Shown one piece after another: positions 1-9,051 of a stretch of DNA of 27,534 nucleotides. The stretch's first letter is position 1, and each line of letters begins with the position of its first letter. The DNA is taken from positions 111,791 through 139,324 of the forward strand of contig JAHQJS010000001.1 in the NCBI GenBank assembly GCA_019057385.1, read 5' to 3'. The translations under genes and the position numbers were made by a program. The stretch is from Candidatus Borrarchaeum weybense (GTDB lineage: Archaea; Asgardarchaeota; Sifarchaeia; Borrarchaeales; Borrarchaeaceae). Below the pieces are notes generated by a model. It ran no database searches. It was not told the origin of the DNA and worked only from the letters and a program-made list of their open reading frames with translations.

Positions 1-12
1 TTCTTCCTTTCT

Positions 13-817
13 TTACGCGGCTTTGTATTTCTCTGTATGCCGCTGCTTAAAAAATTCAATATCAGTACTAATTGATTTTATCTGTTTATCTGTTAAAATG
101 TGCTCGCACATTTCTTCCTCAGTTAGAACTGCATATTCATAATCATTTTCCCTACAAAAGTTAGATAACGCATTGAGCTTAGAAATCAAAAGTCCAAAAT
201 CGGGATTATCAGAACTAAAAACTTTGCTGCATTTAATTTCGATTATAACCTTGTCGTTCAACAAATAATCAGGGATGTATATTTTAGTCTTTTTAACTTC
301 ATACAAATTCCTGTCAAATTCGGATAAATAATTATATGCTCTAAATCTAAAAGGTTCTGCAACCACAGAATGGTTCAGCTGAAATGCTCTAACCACAAAC
401 GACAATTCATGACTACTTCTAAACAATACTCCTTTATATCTTCCAGAAATTCCTCGGCCGGTTTTATTATGAAAACTATTTAGATTCCAATTTTCATGCA
501 ACCTTCCTGTTCGATATGACACATCTCCTTGAACAAAACTTTTTAGTTTTAGCAATGCTGGGGACTACAAGATCTTCTACGCCGCAGTTCAAACATTTGA
601 CAAGTACTTTTTGAGAATCATCCATTTTATTATGTGCAGGTTTTCCTCTCAAGTTAGCAGATAATTTGCCACTGCACTTTCGTCGCGCCAATTTAGCTCT
701 TCGTTTTCCTTCAGGAGAGTTTTTAGCTAACGATATCCTTCTGCCTATCTGCTTTCTCTCTTCATTTGAATATTTTGCCCATCTGTTTCTTTGAGCAACA
801 GATTGTATCAAACTCAT
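13..817 (-). pseudogene. Putative homing endonuclease (basic NUMOD3-like region, Cys4 zinc finger, TnsA-like PD-(D/E)XK nuclease), frameshifted near 519-523
   Basis: ORF 494..817 (ATG overlaps the upstream stop) has CLNCG...KFCSRRC. The overlapping ORF 13..555 has GISGRYKGVLFRSSHE...EPF...YIPD...IIEIK. Restoring one GT dinucleotide joins them as ...CSRRCVSYRTGRLHENW... Confidence 0.65.
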
Positions 818-1593
818 TGTTTTTGTCCTTCCATCCAACAATTTGCGATATCAACACATAGTCTGTTTACCTTCTCGTGATCCGGCTTCTCAGGGAGATC
901 AGAAAGATGAAACGCTTCCTCGGCTAAACAAAACAATCGATTTGCTTCATTCTTAATTCTTCCTAAAGACCACTTGCCTTCTTTAATTTCTAAAAGTTCA
1001 GCAGCATCTTTCCTAAAAACGTTAAGTTTCCCTTCCCGCAAAAACTCAATACCGAGCCTAAGTATTCTGATCAAATGGCTTCCGTTCTTGCAATCATATC
1101 CATATTTTTCAACAAGCTTTTTCCTCTTCTCACCCATAAATCCCTTAAAAGCTAATCGTTCCATTCTCCGCAACTGACCATTAGCATATCCGGCAAAACT
1201 ATGATAGACGTGCTTTCCAACAAACAAATCTTTGTTATCCAGAAGCAACTGACCGGCTGGAGTTATTTTCAAATAGTATTGTGGCTCTAACCAGAGGATG
1301 GACAAAAGATTAGGATTTCCTTTTTCAAGAAGTCTGATAGCTTTCCTATATTCGTATACTACAATATCCCAAACACCTTCTTTGATTTCTTTTGTATTTC
1401 TGGAACCAAACGTTTTCAAACCATAATAATAGTCTACAGGTGGAATACAAAATCCTATTGCATCCTTATCATCAATCGAATTTGGATCTTTATTAGATTT
1501 GTATGTTCCGTGAGAGATAGAACCTCTATATCCTAAAAGAATACACCAATCACTCAAACATTTCATCTCTAATAAGTTTTTAGGAATACTCAT
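814..1593 (-). CDS. Pol-beta superfamily nucleotidyltransferase (Nuc-transf/RlaP-like)
   Basis: GYRGSISHG...DDKD catalytic motif; GNPNLL; YDCKNGSHLIR; ELLEIKEGK; LPEKPD C-terminus typical of this family. Confidence 0.85.
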   Translation of the reverse strand: MSIPKNLLEMKCLSDWCILLGYRGSISHGTYKSNKDPNSIDDKDAIGFCIPPVDYYYGLKTFGSRNTKEIKEGVWDIVVYEYRKAIRLLEKGNPNLLSILWLEPQYYLKITPAGQLLLDNKDLFVGKHVYHSFAGYANGQLRRMERLAFKGFMGEKRKKLVEKYGYDCKNGSHLIRILRLGIEFLREGKLNVFRKDAAELLEIKEGKWSLGRIKNEANRLFCLAEEAFHLSDLPEKPDHEKVNRLCVDIANCWMEGQKQ

Positions 1594-2060
1594 TTACTCT
1601 TTGCTCTCTGAAAATCCTTCACTATCACTCTCAATGCAGCAGCTTCTACCTCATCCATTGTAAAAACGTAAAAAGTAAACTTGCCTGCTTTTTTAGCATA
1701 TTCAATTTCTATTACAGTTCCCCTACTACGCTCCTTATCTATTCCACGAACTATATGGAAATCTTTCCTCTCTAATATCTTACAATCAATCTCTAGAATT
1801 TGTTCTTCTGAAAGATACTCATCTTTATAAGCTATATGAACAAAATCCTCATGCTCTGCAGGAACATACAAGTCAAGTCCGGGAACGTTTTCACGAATCC
1901 ACTCAGCCATTTTTATTGCATCTTTGCAGTTTTCTTCAATATCCTTATCAGTAGCTTTCATTCCCTTCGCTCCTCTGATAGAATGAGAGAAGTAAGCGGA
2001 TACTTTACTCTTCCCTGCTAGATACTTATCTAGTTCTTTTTTGAATTCTTCACTACTCAT
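1590..2060 (-). CDS. Nucleoside 2-deoxyribosyltransferase / nucleotide N-hydrolase-like protein
   Basis: AYFSHSIRG, YVPAEH, IDCKIL and SRGTVIEIEYA (SxGTxxE catalytic Glu motif). Confidence 0.6.
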   Translation of the reverse strand: MSSEEFKKELDKYLAGKSKVSAYFSHSIRGAKGMKATDKDIEENCKDAIKMAEWIRENVPGLDLYVPAEHEDFVHIAYKDEYLSEEQILEIDCKILERKDFHIVRGIDKERSRGTVIEIEYAKKAGKFTFYVFTMDEVEAAALRVIVKDFQRAKSK

Positions 2061-2464
2061 CTCTTTCTCCTAGACTTTTTGTTCAACTTCTTCTTGAGGA
2101 TCTCGTGTAAAAATCCCATCGTGTTAAACAGCTCGGCGCATAGCACATCCTCAATATCATCATAAACAGCCTCATGAGAATATCCTTCATAGTGCAGCCA
2201 GGCATCTATAAAATGCCGGCCTTTGCTATCCATATAAACTTCTTCAGGTATTCCTTGCTTCCAGTTGTCCCAATCACGAACGCTGCCATCCGGGCATAGC
2301 CTATGCTTGCCAATATATTCAACATATCTCTTGAGCACAAGTGGGCTCAAGGCTTTGATAAAACTGAGCTTATCATGATTCGCATCTCGAATTGCTCCAG
2401 TTCCGAACTTCCGCATTTGTCTTTTCTGCACGTTTTTCTTTGCAGTTGCTTTCCATTTGGCCAT
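2057..2464 (-). CDS. dATP/dGTP diphosphohydrolase-like protein (DUF5664 type)
   Basis: FGTGAIRD...K, DNWKQGIP, YMDSKGRH motifs. Confidence 0.75.
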   Translation of the reverse strand: MAKWKATAKKNVQKRQMRKFGTGAIRDANHDKLSFIKALSPLVLKRYVEYIGKHRLCPDGSVRDWDNWKQGIPEEVYMDSKGRHFIDAWLHYEGYSHEAVYDDIEDVLCAELFNTMGFLHEILKKKLNKKSRRKR

Positions 2465-2496
2465 TACTACTTTCCCCTTTTCTTCTATTCAGACTA

Positions 2497-3147
2497 CTAT
2501 CTGCTTCTTCTATATTCTTCAATAGCAGCTATGACAGCTGCTCTTTCCTTCTTCTTATCACGGTTATGCGTTATAGCATTAGTATGAGAATAACCTTTTG
2601 GATATCGAGTATGGAGTTTTGCTAAGTTTATAACCATTAACTCTTCAATGCTCGAGCCAAATAAATCTACCGTGACGAGCATCATATAATGCATCACCCT
2701 TTCCAATCCACGCACAATATCCATTCTAGACAAGGGCTCTCCATGATAAAAAATAAACTTTTTGTATCTATTTAAAAGTTCGCCAGTGGCTCCTGACAAA
2801 CTTCCCAATCCCTGGAGAACACGAATATCAAAGCCAGATATTCTAATATCCAGCAAGTCATCGTTCCATATACTCATTCCTTCAAGCTTAATAACATCCG
2901 AGATAGTTAGATCTCCAAGTTTTCCTATTATCATCTGTGTGAAGTGAAGTAAATCAGATAACTCAATCAAAATGCCATAGTGATCAGGTAAACGCTTAAA
3001 CTCTGCATATTTACTGAGCAATTCACCAGCTTCACTCGCCATGCCCATAAAACCATGAAGAAGGTCAGACCTAAATTCTGGACATAGTTCATCTTGCAGT
3101 AGATTCGCTACCATTTCGGCAAATTCTGTTTCAATAGTCGTGCTCAT
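2497..3147 (-). CDS. MazG-like NTP pyrophosphohydrolase with two tandem MazG-like repeats
   Basis: GMASEAGELL...ELSDLLHF; second repeat ATGELLNRYKK; C-terminal NLAKLHTRYPKGY. Probable start is MSTTIE at 3147. Confidence 0.75.
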   Translation of the reverse strand: MSTTIETEFAEMVANLLQDELCPEFRSDLLHGFMGMASEAGELLSKYAEFKRLPDHYGILIELSDLLHFTQMIIGKLGDLTISDVIKLEGMSIWNDDLLDIRISGFDIRVLQGLGSLSGATGELLNRYKKFIFYHGEPLSRMDIVRGLERVMHYMMLVTVDLFGSSIEELMVINLAKLHTRYPKGYSHTNAITHNRDKKKERAAVIAAIEEYRRSR

Positions 3148-3625
3148 TACGCACCTCAATAATCTCTTTAATATTTATGTGTTCATCTTCTGATGGTGGC
3201 TCAAACATAGAAATATGCTTATCCATAACCAGCTTCCAACTAAATTTATCTCCGCCTCTCAAATTCTTAAACCTTCTCTTAAGAGCTACATCATAGTCAC
3301 ATATTACCCAAATATAACTAATCTCAATATTTGGATCTTGAGTCACCAAATACTCACAAAGTGATTTTCTATCTTCTTTAGTTAAAGTGGAAACACAATC
3401 ATCTATAATTACATTCTTCCCTTGGAATAAAGCTTCTTCAATACATCTTCTCATCATGTTGTGGACAATTGGCTCTAGTTGAAAATCAAAAACGTATCCA
3501 TTCTTAATCATGCCTCTAATGTCATCACCACTAACTCGAATGTTCTTAAAATCACAGCCGGCCATGAGCTTAGCCCAAGTGGACTTACCCGAGCCAATAC
3601 TACCAATAAGAATGTGTGCTTTCAC
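3131..3625 (-). CDS. P-loop kinase (AAA_33/polynucleotide-kinase-like)
   Basis: GSIGSGKSTWA Walker A, SGDDIR, NVIIDD, ALKRR lid, FEPP; GTG start. Confidence 0.8.
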   Translation of the reverse strand: MKAHILIGSIGSGKSTWAKLMAGCDFKNIRVSGDDIRGMIKNGYVFDFQLEPIVHNMMRRCIEEALFQGKNVIIDDCVSTLTKEDRKSLCEYLVTQDPNIEISYIWVICDYDVALKRRFKNLRGGDKFSWKLVMDKHISMFEPPSEDEHINIKEIIEVRNEHDY

Positions 3626-3774
3626 TTCTTCTCCTCTGTTTCTAATGGTTGATCTGATTTGGACTTCTTTTTCTCTTCTATCTCATTCAATGCGGATTCA
3701 AACATTTCTCGTTGATGTTTCATCTCCTGCTCCCGCAGCCATTCCAGAGTTCTTAGTTTCTTTTTTATACCCAT
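3622..3774 (-). CDS. Small charged hypothetical protein, 50 aa (MGIKKKLRTLEWLREQEMKHQREMFESALNEIEEKKKSKSDQPLETEEKK)
   Basis: Manually translated; fills the gap, and its TGA overlaps the GTG of the kinase (GTGA). Confidence 0.65.
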   Translation of the reverse strand: MGIKKKLRTLEWLREQEMKHQREMFESALNEIEEKKKSKSDQPLETEEKK

Positions 3775-3812
3775 AATAATTATACTTTCTTTATCCTGGA
3801 ACTCAAGTATTT
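3775..3812 (-). promoter_or_regulatory. Sigma70-type promoter (TTGAGT-N16-TATAAT)
   Basis: Minus strand CTTGAGTTCCAGGATAAAGAAAGTATAATTATTATG in an intergenic gap; shares AGGAT-N7-GTATAATTA with the site at about 19965. Confidence 0.55.
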
Positions 3813-3813
3813 T

Positions 3814-4488
3814 TCAAAGGGCATCCCCATCCCAATCCCGTTTTCTAAACTCATACCTCAGTTTATTCAGTGTAGATTCTATTATCGCCGCTGCATTCAC
3901 ATCCGAACCTTCCATTTGAATAGCTATTTCTTCAAACGACATATCATTAACAAAACGCATAGTCAGCATTTCAAATTCTTCAAATGAAATAATCCCCTCT
4001 GCTATTAATGTTTCAAACCTATCCCGGAGAAAATTCATCTCAAGCTCTTTATAAACTGGTTCACTATCCACAAGCTTATTCTCGATTTGATACAAATACT
4101 TTTGAGATTGTGGCATGTCATTAGAATAAAGATGAACTTGAAGAGCCACTTCAGCTATTGAAAATGGAAACGTTACTTTATTTGTCTTTTTGTTATCCTT
4201 AGCTATTTCATTACCAACATATCCAACTATGTCAGAAATCAACTTAATCCCTGGTTGATCCTCTTTAACTTTTAGAACCGCCTTAAACAATCCTAGTAAA
4301 GCGGTACTATAAAGATCTTGAATATCAACCCTTTTCAGATAAGGTTTACTTCTTCTGGCTTTATGCACCAACTTGTATAGTAGCCTGTTTACCAGCTCTA
4401 CTATCTTCATAAACGTCTCTTGGTTTTGACTCTCCTTGAATATAAGAGCTAACTCTTTGAGATACTCATATGATCCATGCTCTTCCAT
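3814..4488 (-). CDS. RNA polymerase sigma-factor-like protein
   Basis: Region 2-like DIQDLYSTALLGLFKAV; region 4-like HTH MRFVNDMSFEEIAIQM...TLNKLR. Confidence 0.75.
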   Translation of the reverse strand: MEEHGSYEYLKELALIFKESQNQETFMKIVELVNRLLYKLVHKARRSKPYLKRVDIQDLYSTALLGLFKAVLKVKEDQPGIKLISDIVGYVGNEIAKDNKKTNKVTFPFSIAEVALQVHLYSNDMPQSQKYLYQIENKLVDSEPVYKELEMNFLRDRFETLIAEGIISFEEFEMLTMRFVNDMSFEEIAIQMEGSDVNAAAIIESTLNKLRYEFRKRDWDGDAL

Positions 4489-4494
4489 AACTCC

Positions 4495-6510
4495 CTACAA
4501 CTTTCTTCTTTGCGACTTGTCGAATATATTCTTGAAGTCTACATCTGTTCCTTTCGGATCCTCTTGCCTCTTTGGATCTCCAACCAATGTTTTGTTTATA
4601 GATAAAAGAGAGCCGATAGTTCGGGCTTTATCCTGAACAGGAAAAGAACCTTTTACTTTAGTAGTAAAATCTTTTGATGGGACATCCCCACAATTTCTCA
4701 GGGCATTTTCAACAGATCCAACTACGCCATCTGACTCATCCTTCGAACCCTTTACTACCACATCCTGAGTACTTCCATCTTCCAAAATTTCTATGTCAAT
4801 AACTTCATCCGGGTGGTCTATCTTATTCTTTTCTTTGTCATCCTCAAGATTGACCAACTCGAAATGTAGATATTCATCTCTATGACAACACCATCTCTTA
4901 TCCACAACAAGGTTTCTAAATCCTCGATATATTGAAGGATCTCGATCAAGAGATAAATGCTCAGATTTAATACCTATTCTATTCAAAATCTGTTGTGATT
5001 CTTTACTAAGAGCATCATAGTCATAGGTAGCTAATCTTATGTTAAACTTATAAACTATCTTAAGATCGGCGATAAGCTTTCTCACTGAACTTAAATTAAT
5101 CTCATCATTAGGTCGAGCTTTGATTCTCATACCAAAATCCGTTTCGATTATTGGAAGCTTTACAATCTTCATATTCCCGCCTTCCTTGAGGTCTTCAATA
5201 ACCCTATCAGACCAGCCGCTCACACAAGACATGCCTAAACCCAAGGCGTCTCCATTTCCAGAATAAGCTATATCCACATGGATATATCTAGGAACATGCC
5301 TGGGAATTCGAATAGCACTAAAATCGATATACTTAGCAAGATCAATGTTATCATTCACTCCAACCTCAATCGTATGCATCGGAACTGGATCTCTCTTAGC
5401 CGGATCATAACAATCTACTAAGTGTTTCTCGGATGGGAATAACTTCGACTTCCTAAGGTAGTTAACGGACACACCGGCGAGTCTTCTCAAATTACCCACA
5501 AGGTCTTTCTGGAATCTTTCCAGTAATTCTACGGGAACTTGAATTATATCAAATCCATCTACTACGGCCTTATCCATTCCCACTTGATCTATCTCAAGAC
5601 CTCTCTCCGTTTCTATGCAAAGAATTTTAGAAGGTGTATACAAATCGCCAAGCATGATTGGAAAAGTTTCGCCAGAAAAGTTCAGGTCAGTTTTGACTTC
5701 CCAAAGTGCTGCATCAACAATTCTGATTATTGGTGAGTTCTTCATCTTAACAATAAAAGTATTGAGGAATGATGCTTTTTCTTGCTTCGAAGCACAAAGG
5801 AAAAATCTACCTAATGTTTCTCGCTTTCCAGAATATTTAGCTATTCTAACGAACCTGGATTCAAGTCTTGAAACAGCTTCTTCATAAGCTTTAAGAACTC
5901 TAATCTTCTGCTTGTCAGATTCCATTTCCGAATCAACTTCATCCATAATTGCGAAGAGCACGTCCTCTCCTACAAAACCAAATCCTTTAGCATAGGGAGA
6001 GCCTGATTTGAATTCAAAAACTGGAAATTCAATTCGAGGGTTTGCTCCCTTTTCATTCATTATTATTCCATGGCGGTTGAACCATGGCGAAGATAACAAA
6101 TAGGATTGGAGAATGTTATATCCTTTTCCTTGACTTAAACTTTTAGTTAAGTTGAAAAATACTACCGCAATCTTGCCGCCTGCTTGCTTGCCATAGAATT
6201 CCCACGGGTCTTTAAGACATAGCACTTTGTACATGCCATAGCATATTGCTGCCACGGCTGTACGTGTTTTTCCCGTTCCTATTGCTCCAGTTAGTACTGT
6301 TAAGAATCTGGAATCATCTATAGCAATGTCAGATAGAATACTTTTCCAGTAAGGATATACAGTTTTACCATTTCCTGTAACTCTTCCTAGATATTCTGGA
6401 TCGGATAGAAACTGACCAATGGGAATAGGTTCTTCTCTATAGTCCGCATCCACATAAGCTTTTAGGATAGTATTTATCCGTTCTAATCTATTCGGCTTTC
6501 GGCCAGCCAT
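4495..6510 (-). CDS. terL: Terminase large subunit
   Basis: GAIGTGKT Walker A, AIMDEVD Walker B, RNase H-fold nuclease YIHVDIA...GDALG, and KIDHP...GSKDESDGVVG. Confidence 0.88.
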   Translation of the reverse strand: MAGRKPNRLERINTILKAYVDADYREEPIPIGQFLSDPEYLGRVTGNGKTVYPYWKSILSDIAIDDSRFLTVLTGAIGTGKTRTAVAAICYGMYKVLCLKDPWEFYGKQAGGKIAVVFFNLTKSLSQGKGYNILQSYLLSSPWFNRHGIIMNEKGANPRIEFPVFEFKSGSPYAKGFGFVGEDVLFAIMDEVDSEMESDKQKIRVLKAYEEAVSRLESRFVRIAKYSGKRETLGRFFLCASKQEKASFLNTFIVKMKNSPIIRIVDAALWEVKTDLNFSGETFPIMLGDLYTPSKILCIETERGLEIDQVGMDKAVVDGFDIIQVPVELLERFQKDLVGNLRRLAGVSVNYLRKSKLFPSEKHLVDCYDPAKRDPVPMHTIEVGVNDNIDLAKYIDFSAIRIPRHVPRYIHVDIAYSGNGDALGLGMSCVSGWSDRVIEDLKEGGNMKIVKLPIIETDFGMRIKARPNDEINLSSVRKLIADLKIVYKFNIRLATYDYDALSKESQQILNRIGIKSEHLSLDRDPSIYRGFRNLVVDKRWCCHRDEYLHFELVNLEDDKEKNKIDHPDEVIDIEILEDGSTQDVVVKGSKDESDGVVGSVENALRNCGDVPSKDFTTKVKGSFPVQDKARTIGSLLSINKTLVGDPKRQEDPKGTDVDFKNIFDKSQRRKL

Positions 6511-7234
6511 CTCCTACCTCTTCAATTCTAAGTTTTTCCAAGTTTTTTCGGATGGTTTCTCTATCCCGTGGATCCATATCCTTCATATTTTCCACTAGCT
6601 CTTGATCACTATCGGGCAATTCTTTTATCTCTTTAACCCCGATTCTCTTCCGACCTGGAGTATTCTCTCCTGGAAGAACAACCTGCTGATTGTACTGCTT
6701 AATCAAAGGAGGCTTCTCTCCACCAAATCCAAGACTTTCAGCAGCCTTAACCAACTGCTCTTCATCACGTCTCTTCTCAACTCGAATTTTTCGCTGAACT
6801 TCGAACACATCAAGATTAGGTATTCTATAAACTCTGCAAATCTTGTCGCACTTCATGCAAGTAAAGTGAGGTTCACTCTCTTGATCAATATGCATCTCAG
6901 TTGCAGCATCACAGCAAACTGACCGATAAAGAAACTTATGTCGTTCCAGTTCTTTATCGTCAATATCCCAAAATACTTCTCTCTGTTTTGTGCCCATGAA
7001 TATGTAATCTAATATCCATGTGGCGACGAAAGGATCTCTCGATTTTTGCTCCTTCTTGTACTTCTTAATAACTTTTTTAACAAAATCAACAGTGATCCTT
7101 TCGCCGACATTCTCAACTTCATTCTCATATATGCTCTGAAGTTCCTTCACTATCTCAGCTATATTACCGCGATGCTTAAAGAACAATAGCCTAGTTTTGT
7201 TTTCCCATTCTAATTCTTGAAGCGTTCCAGCCAT
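6488..7234 (-). CDS. Hypothetical protein, probable terminase small subunit
   Basis: Overlaps the terL start; N-terminal HTH-like segment; CC...CxxC cysteine cluster. Confidence 0.45.
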   Translation of the reverse strand: MAGTLQELEWENKTRLLFFKHRGNIAEIVKELQSIYENEVENVGERITVDFVKKVIKKYKKEQKSRDPFVATWILDYIFMGTKQREVFWDIDDKELERHKFLYRSVCCDAATEMHIDQESEPHFTCMKCDKICRVYRIPNLDVFEVQRKIRVEKRRDEEQLVKAAESLGFGGEKPPLIKQYNQQVVLPGENTPGRKRIGVKEIKELPDSDQELVENMKDMDPRDRETIRKNLEKLRIEEVGDGWPKAE

Positions 7235-7235
7235 T

Positions 7236-7610
7236 TTATTCTTCCTCTACAATTCCATAAACATCAGATATTCCACAAACGAAAATATAATGTACCTCTC
7301 CATCCAAACCCTCAACTTCTACTCCCCAAGGAACTAAATTATCAAAGTGCACTTTAACTCCTGGCTTCAAATTCGATGGTGGGAGGCATTGCCATTTTCC
7401 TTTGTCATTTTGATATCCTGGCCCTACAGCCAGAACAACGCCGGTACTATCCTGATGTCGCTTCCTAAACTTCTCAGGAATAAATATTAAACTCTCTTCT
7501 CCTATTTTCTCTGGAGGGGGCGTTGGAAATATAAATACTAAATCACGAAGTGGTCGATATGGAAACTCCAGAATTCCTTCTTCATTATGAAATGGAGTTC
7601 TTTGATTCAT
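7236..7610 (-). CDS. groES: GroES-like co-chaperonin
   Basis: RPLRDLV...IFIP...GVVLAVGPG...LKPG...SDVYGIVE. Confidence 0.85.
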   Translation of the reverse strand: MNQRTPFHNEEGILEFPYRPLRDLVFIFPTPPPEKIGEESLIFIPEKFRKRHQDSTGVVLAVGPGYQNDKGKWQCLPPSNLKPGVKVHFDNLVPWGVEVEGLDGEVHYIFVCGISDVYGIVEEE

Positions 7611-7836
7611 TCCTCTTCTTCCTTCCTTCTACAATATAATTTTTGATGGCGGTTCCACACAAGCAAAATCCCATAAGAGTCAAACCTGGAACTTTATTAT
7701 GCGCCGTAACTGCAGAGAACAAGAGACTATTGGCTGCATATGCAAGCCACCACTTATGACTTCGAGGTATTAAGTATAAAGTCACTATTACTAAAGCTGA
7801 AGTTACAAAATCCAATACTTTAAATAACTTATCCAT
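7585..7836 (-). CDS. Small 3-TM membrane protein, possibly a half-size PnuC/SemiSWEET-like transporter
   Basis: Three hydrophobic helices with a WW..Y..N pattern. Confidence 0.45.
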   Translation of the reverse strand: MDKLFKVLDFVTSALVIVTLYLIPRSHKWWLAYAANSLLFSAVTAHNKVPGLTLMGFCLCGTAIKNYIVEGRKKRNESKNSIS

Positions 7837-7847
7837 CTTGAATCCTC

Positions 7848-8816
7848 CTATTCAAGTAAAGCTCTTAGATCCCGAATAATTTTTTCTTTACTCGTTTCGA
7901 ATTCATCACTCCAAATGATGTAAAATTTATATCCTCTTGCTTCAAAAAACTTCCTTCTATCTTCACTATCATCTGAAGTATTATACCAAGGATTATCATC
8001 AGAGTGCCAGAACCTGGAATTATATTCTACAACCACTCTCATAGACTTGTTAATAAAATCGGGAATTTTTCCATCCACTATGTAACTTCCATCTCCTACA
8101 AACAAGAAGGATAGTTTATTTTCTTTCATAAACTCAATAACTTTTTGTTCCTCCCTATTAGGAGAAAGTTTCTGTGTTTTTCTAAGTGAGGCTATCATTT
8201 TTTCAACGTTTCGTCGATTTTTCATCGGATTATTTAATTTCATTCTCTCGCTTTTTCTTCTTCGTTGTTCAGGATCTTTGTTTGCCTCCAAAATCTTTCC
8301 TGTCATTTCTTCTCGTTTATTAGGATCAACCCATCGATCTTTGCTCGCTTTACCTATCTTCTTTCTCGTTTTTTCGCTTCCTTCACTTTTCCAAAATTTT
8401 CTTCTACCTCGCCTCAATGACTCCTTTCTCACATTGATATCACTACAAGAATACGAGGCAGTATTGCCAGGAGTCTCGGCTATTTCCACTTTTTTGAGAA
8501 TAATCTGCATATCCGAATTGCCATTATAGTCATACAATCTAAAGTGGAGATGTCTAAATACAACATAACACAAATTTTCAGCTGTGGGTTGATCCAGAAA
8601 GTAATTCAATACATTATGATCAAAATCTTGGAGAACTTCTTTTAACCATTTTTTAACTAAAGTAAAATTTATTACCCAACCCTTAGATGACAACTCATCC
8701 GATCGGAAAGTAACCCAAACCGTCCAGCGATGCCCATGCAAATTATCACACTGAGTATTTGTATTTACAAGAAAATGGCAGGCATCAAACGAATCTTGAA
8801 CTTTAATTTCAAACAT
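7848..8816 (-). CDS. queD: QueD (6-carboxy-tetrahydropterin synthase) fused to a Vsr/DUF559-like endonuclease
   Basis: FDACH, CDNLHGH, NFTLVK, DFDH, PTAEN and ETP QueD motifs; then a basic linker and PDF...VVEYNSRFWH...GYKFYIIW. Probable start is ATG 8816. Confidence 0.88.
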   Translation of the reverse strand: MFEIKVQDSFDACHFLVNTNTQCDNLHGHRWTVWVTFRSDELSSKGWVINFTLVKKWLKEVLQDFDHNVLNYFLDQPTAENLCYVVFRHLHFRLYDYNGNSDMQIILKKVEIAETPGNTASYSCSDINVRKESLRRGRRKFWKSEGSEKTRKKIGKASKDRWVDPNKREEMTGKILEANKDPEQRRRKSERMKLNNPMKNRRNVEKMIASLRKTQKLSPNREEQKVIEFMKENKLSFLFVGDGSYIVDGKIPDFINKSMRVVVEYNSRFWHSDDNPWYNTSDDSEDRRKFFEARGYKFYIIWSDEFETSKEKIIRDLRALLE

Positions 8817-9051
8817 CTTCTTTCCTTTTCTTTTTAATTCTATTCTTTTTAAGAAATCGATCAATCTTCTTTTGAGATTCCAGCAACTTGACGCTCATTG
8901 TTCCATCAGAATATGCATTCCCATGTTCTTCAGACCACATCCTGTTGGACATTCGAAGTAGTATAGCATTGGATGCGCAAAGACGCTGTAAAGTTTCTAA
9001 AACTAATTTATCCTCTTCTCTCATTCTACTTCCTCCACTTCGCAGATACAA
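8809..9051 (-). CDS. Hypothetical protein
   Basis: Packed ORF overlapping both neighbours; probable start MREEDK. Confidence 0.55.
   Translation of the reverse strand: MYLRSGGSRMREEDKLVLETLQRLCASNAILLRMSNRMWSEEHGNAYSDGTMSVKLLESQKKIDRFLKKNRIKKKRKEDV

Noticed and set aside
2057-3147. 2-aminoadenine (dZ) pathway
   Set aside because: dNTP hydrolases are present, but no PurZ-like gene is in the window; the que genes point to deazaguanine instead
4495-6510. Intein or intron in terminase (also checked polymerase and RecA)
   Set aside because: No C...HN splice junctions or LAGLIDADG blocks, and lengths are consistent with uninterrupted proteins
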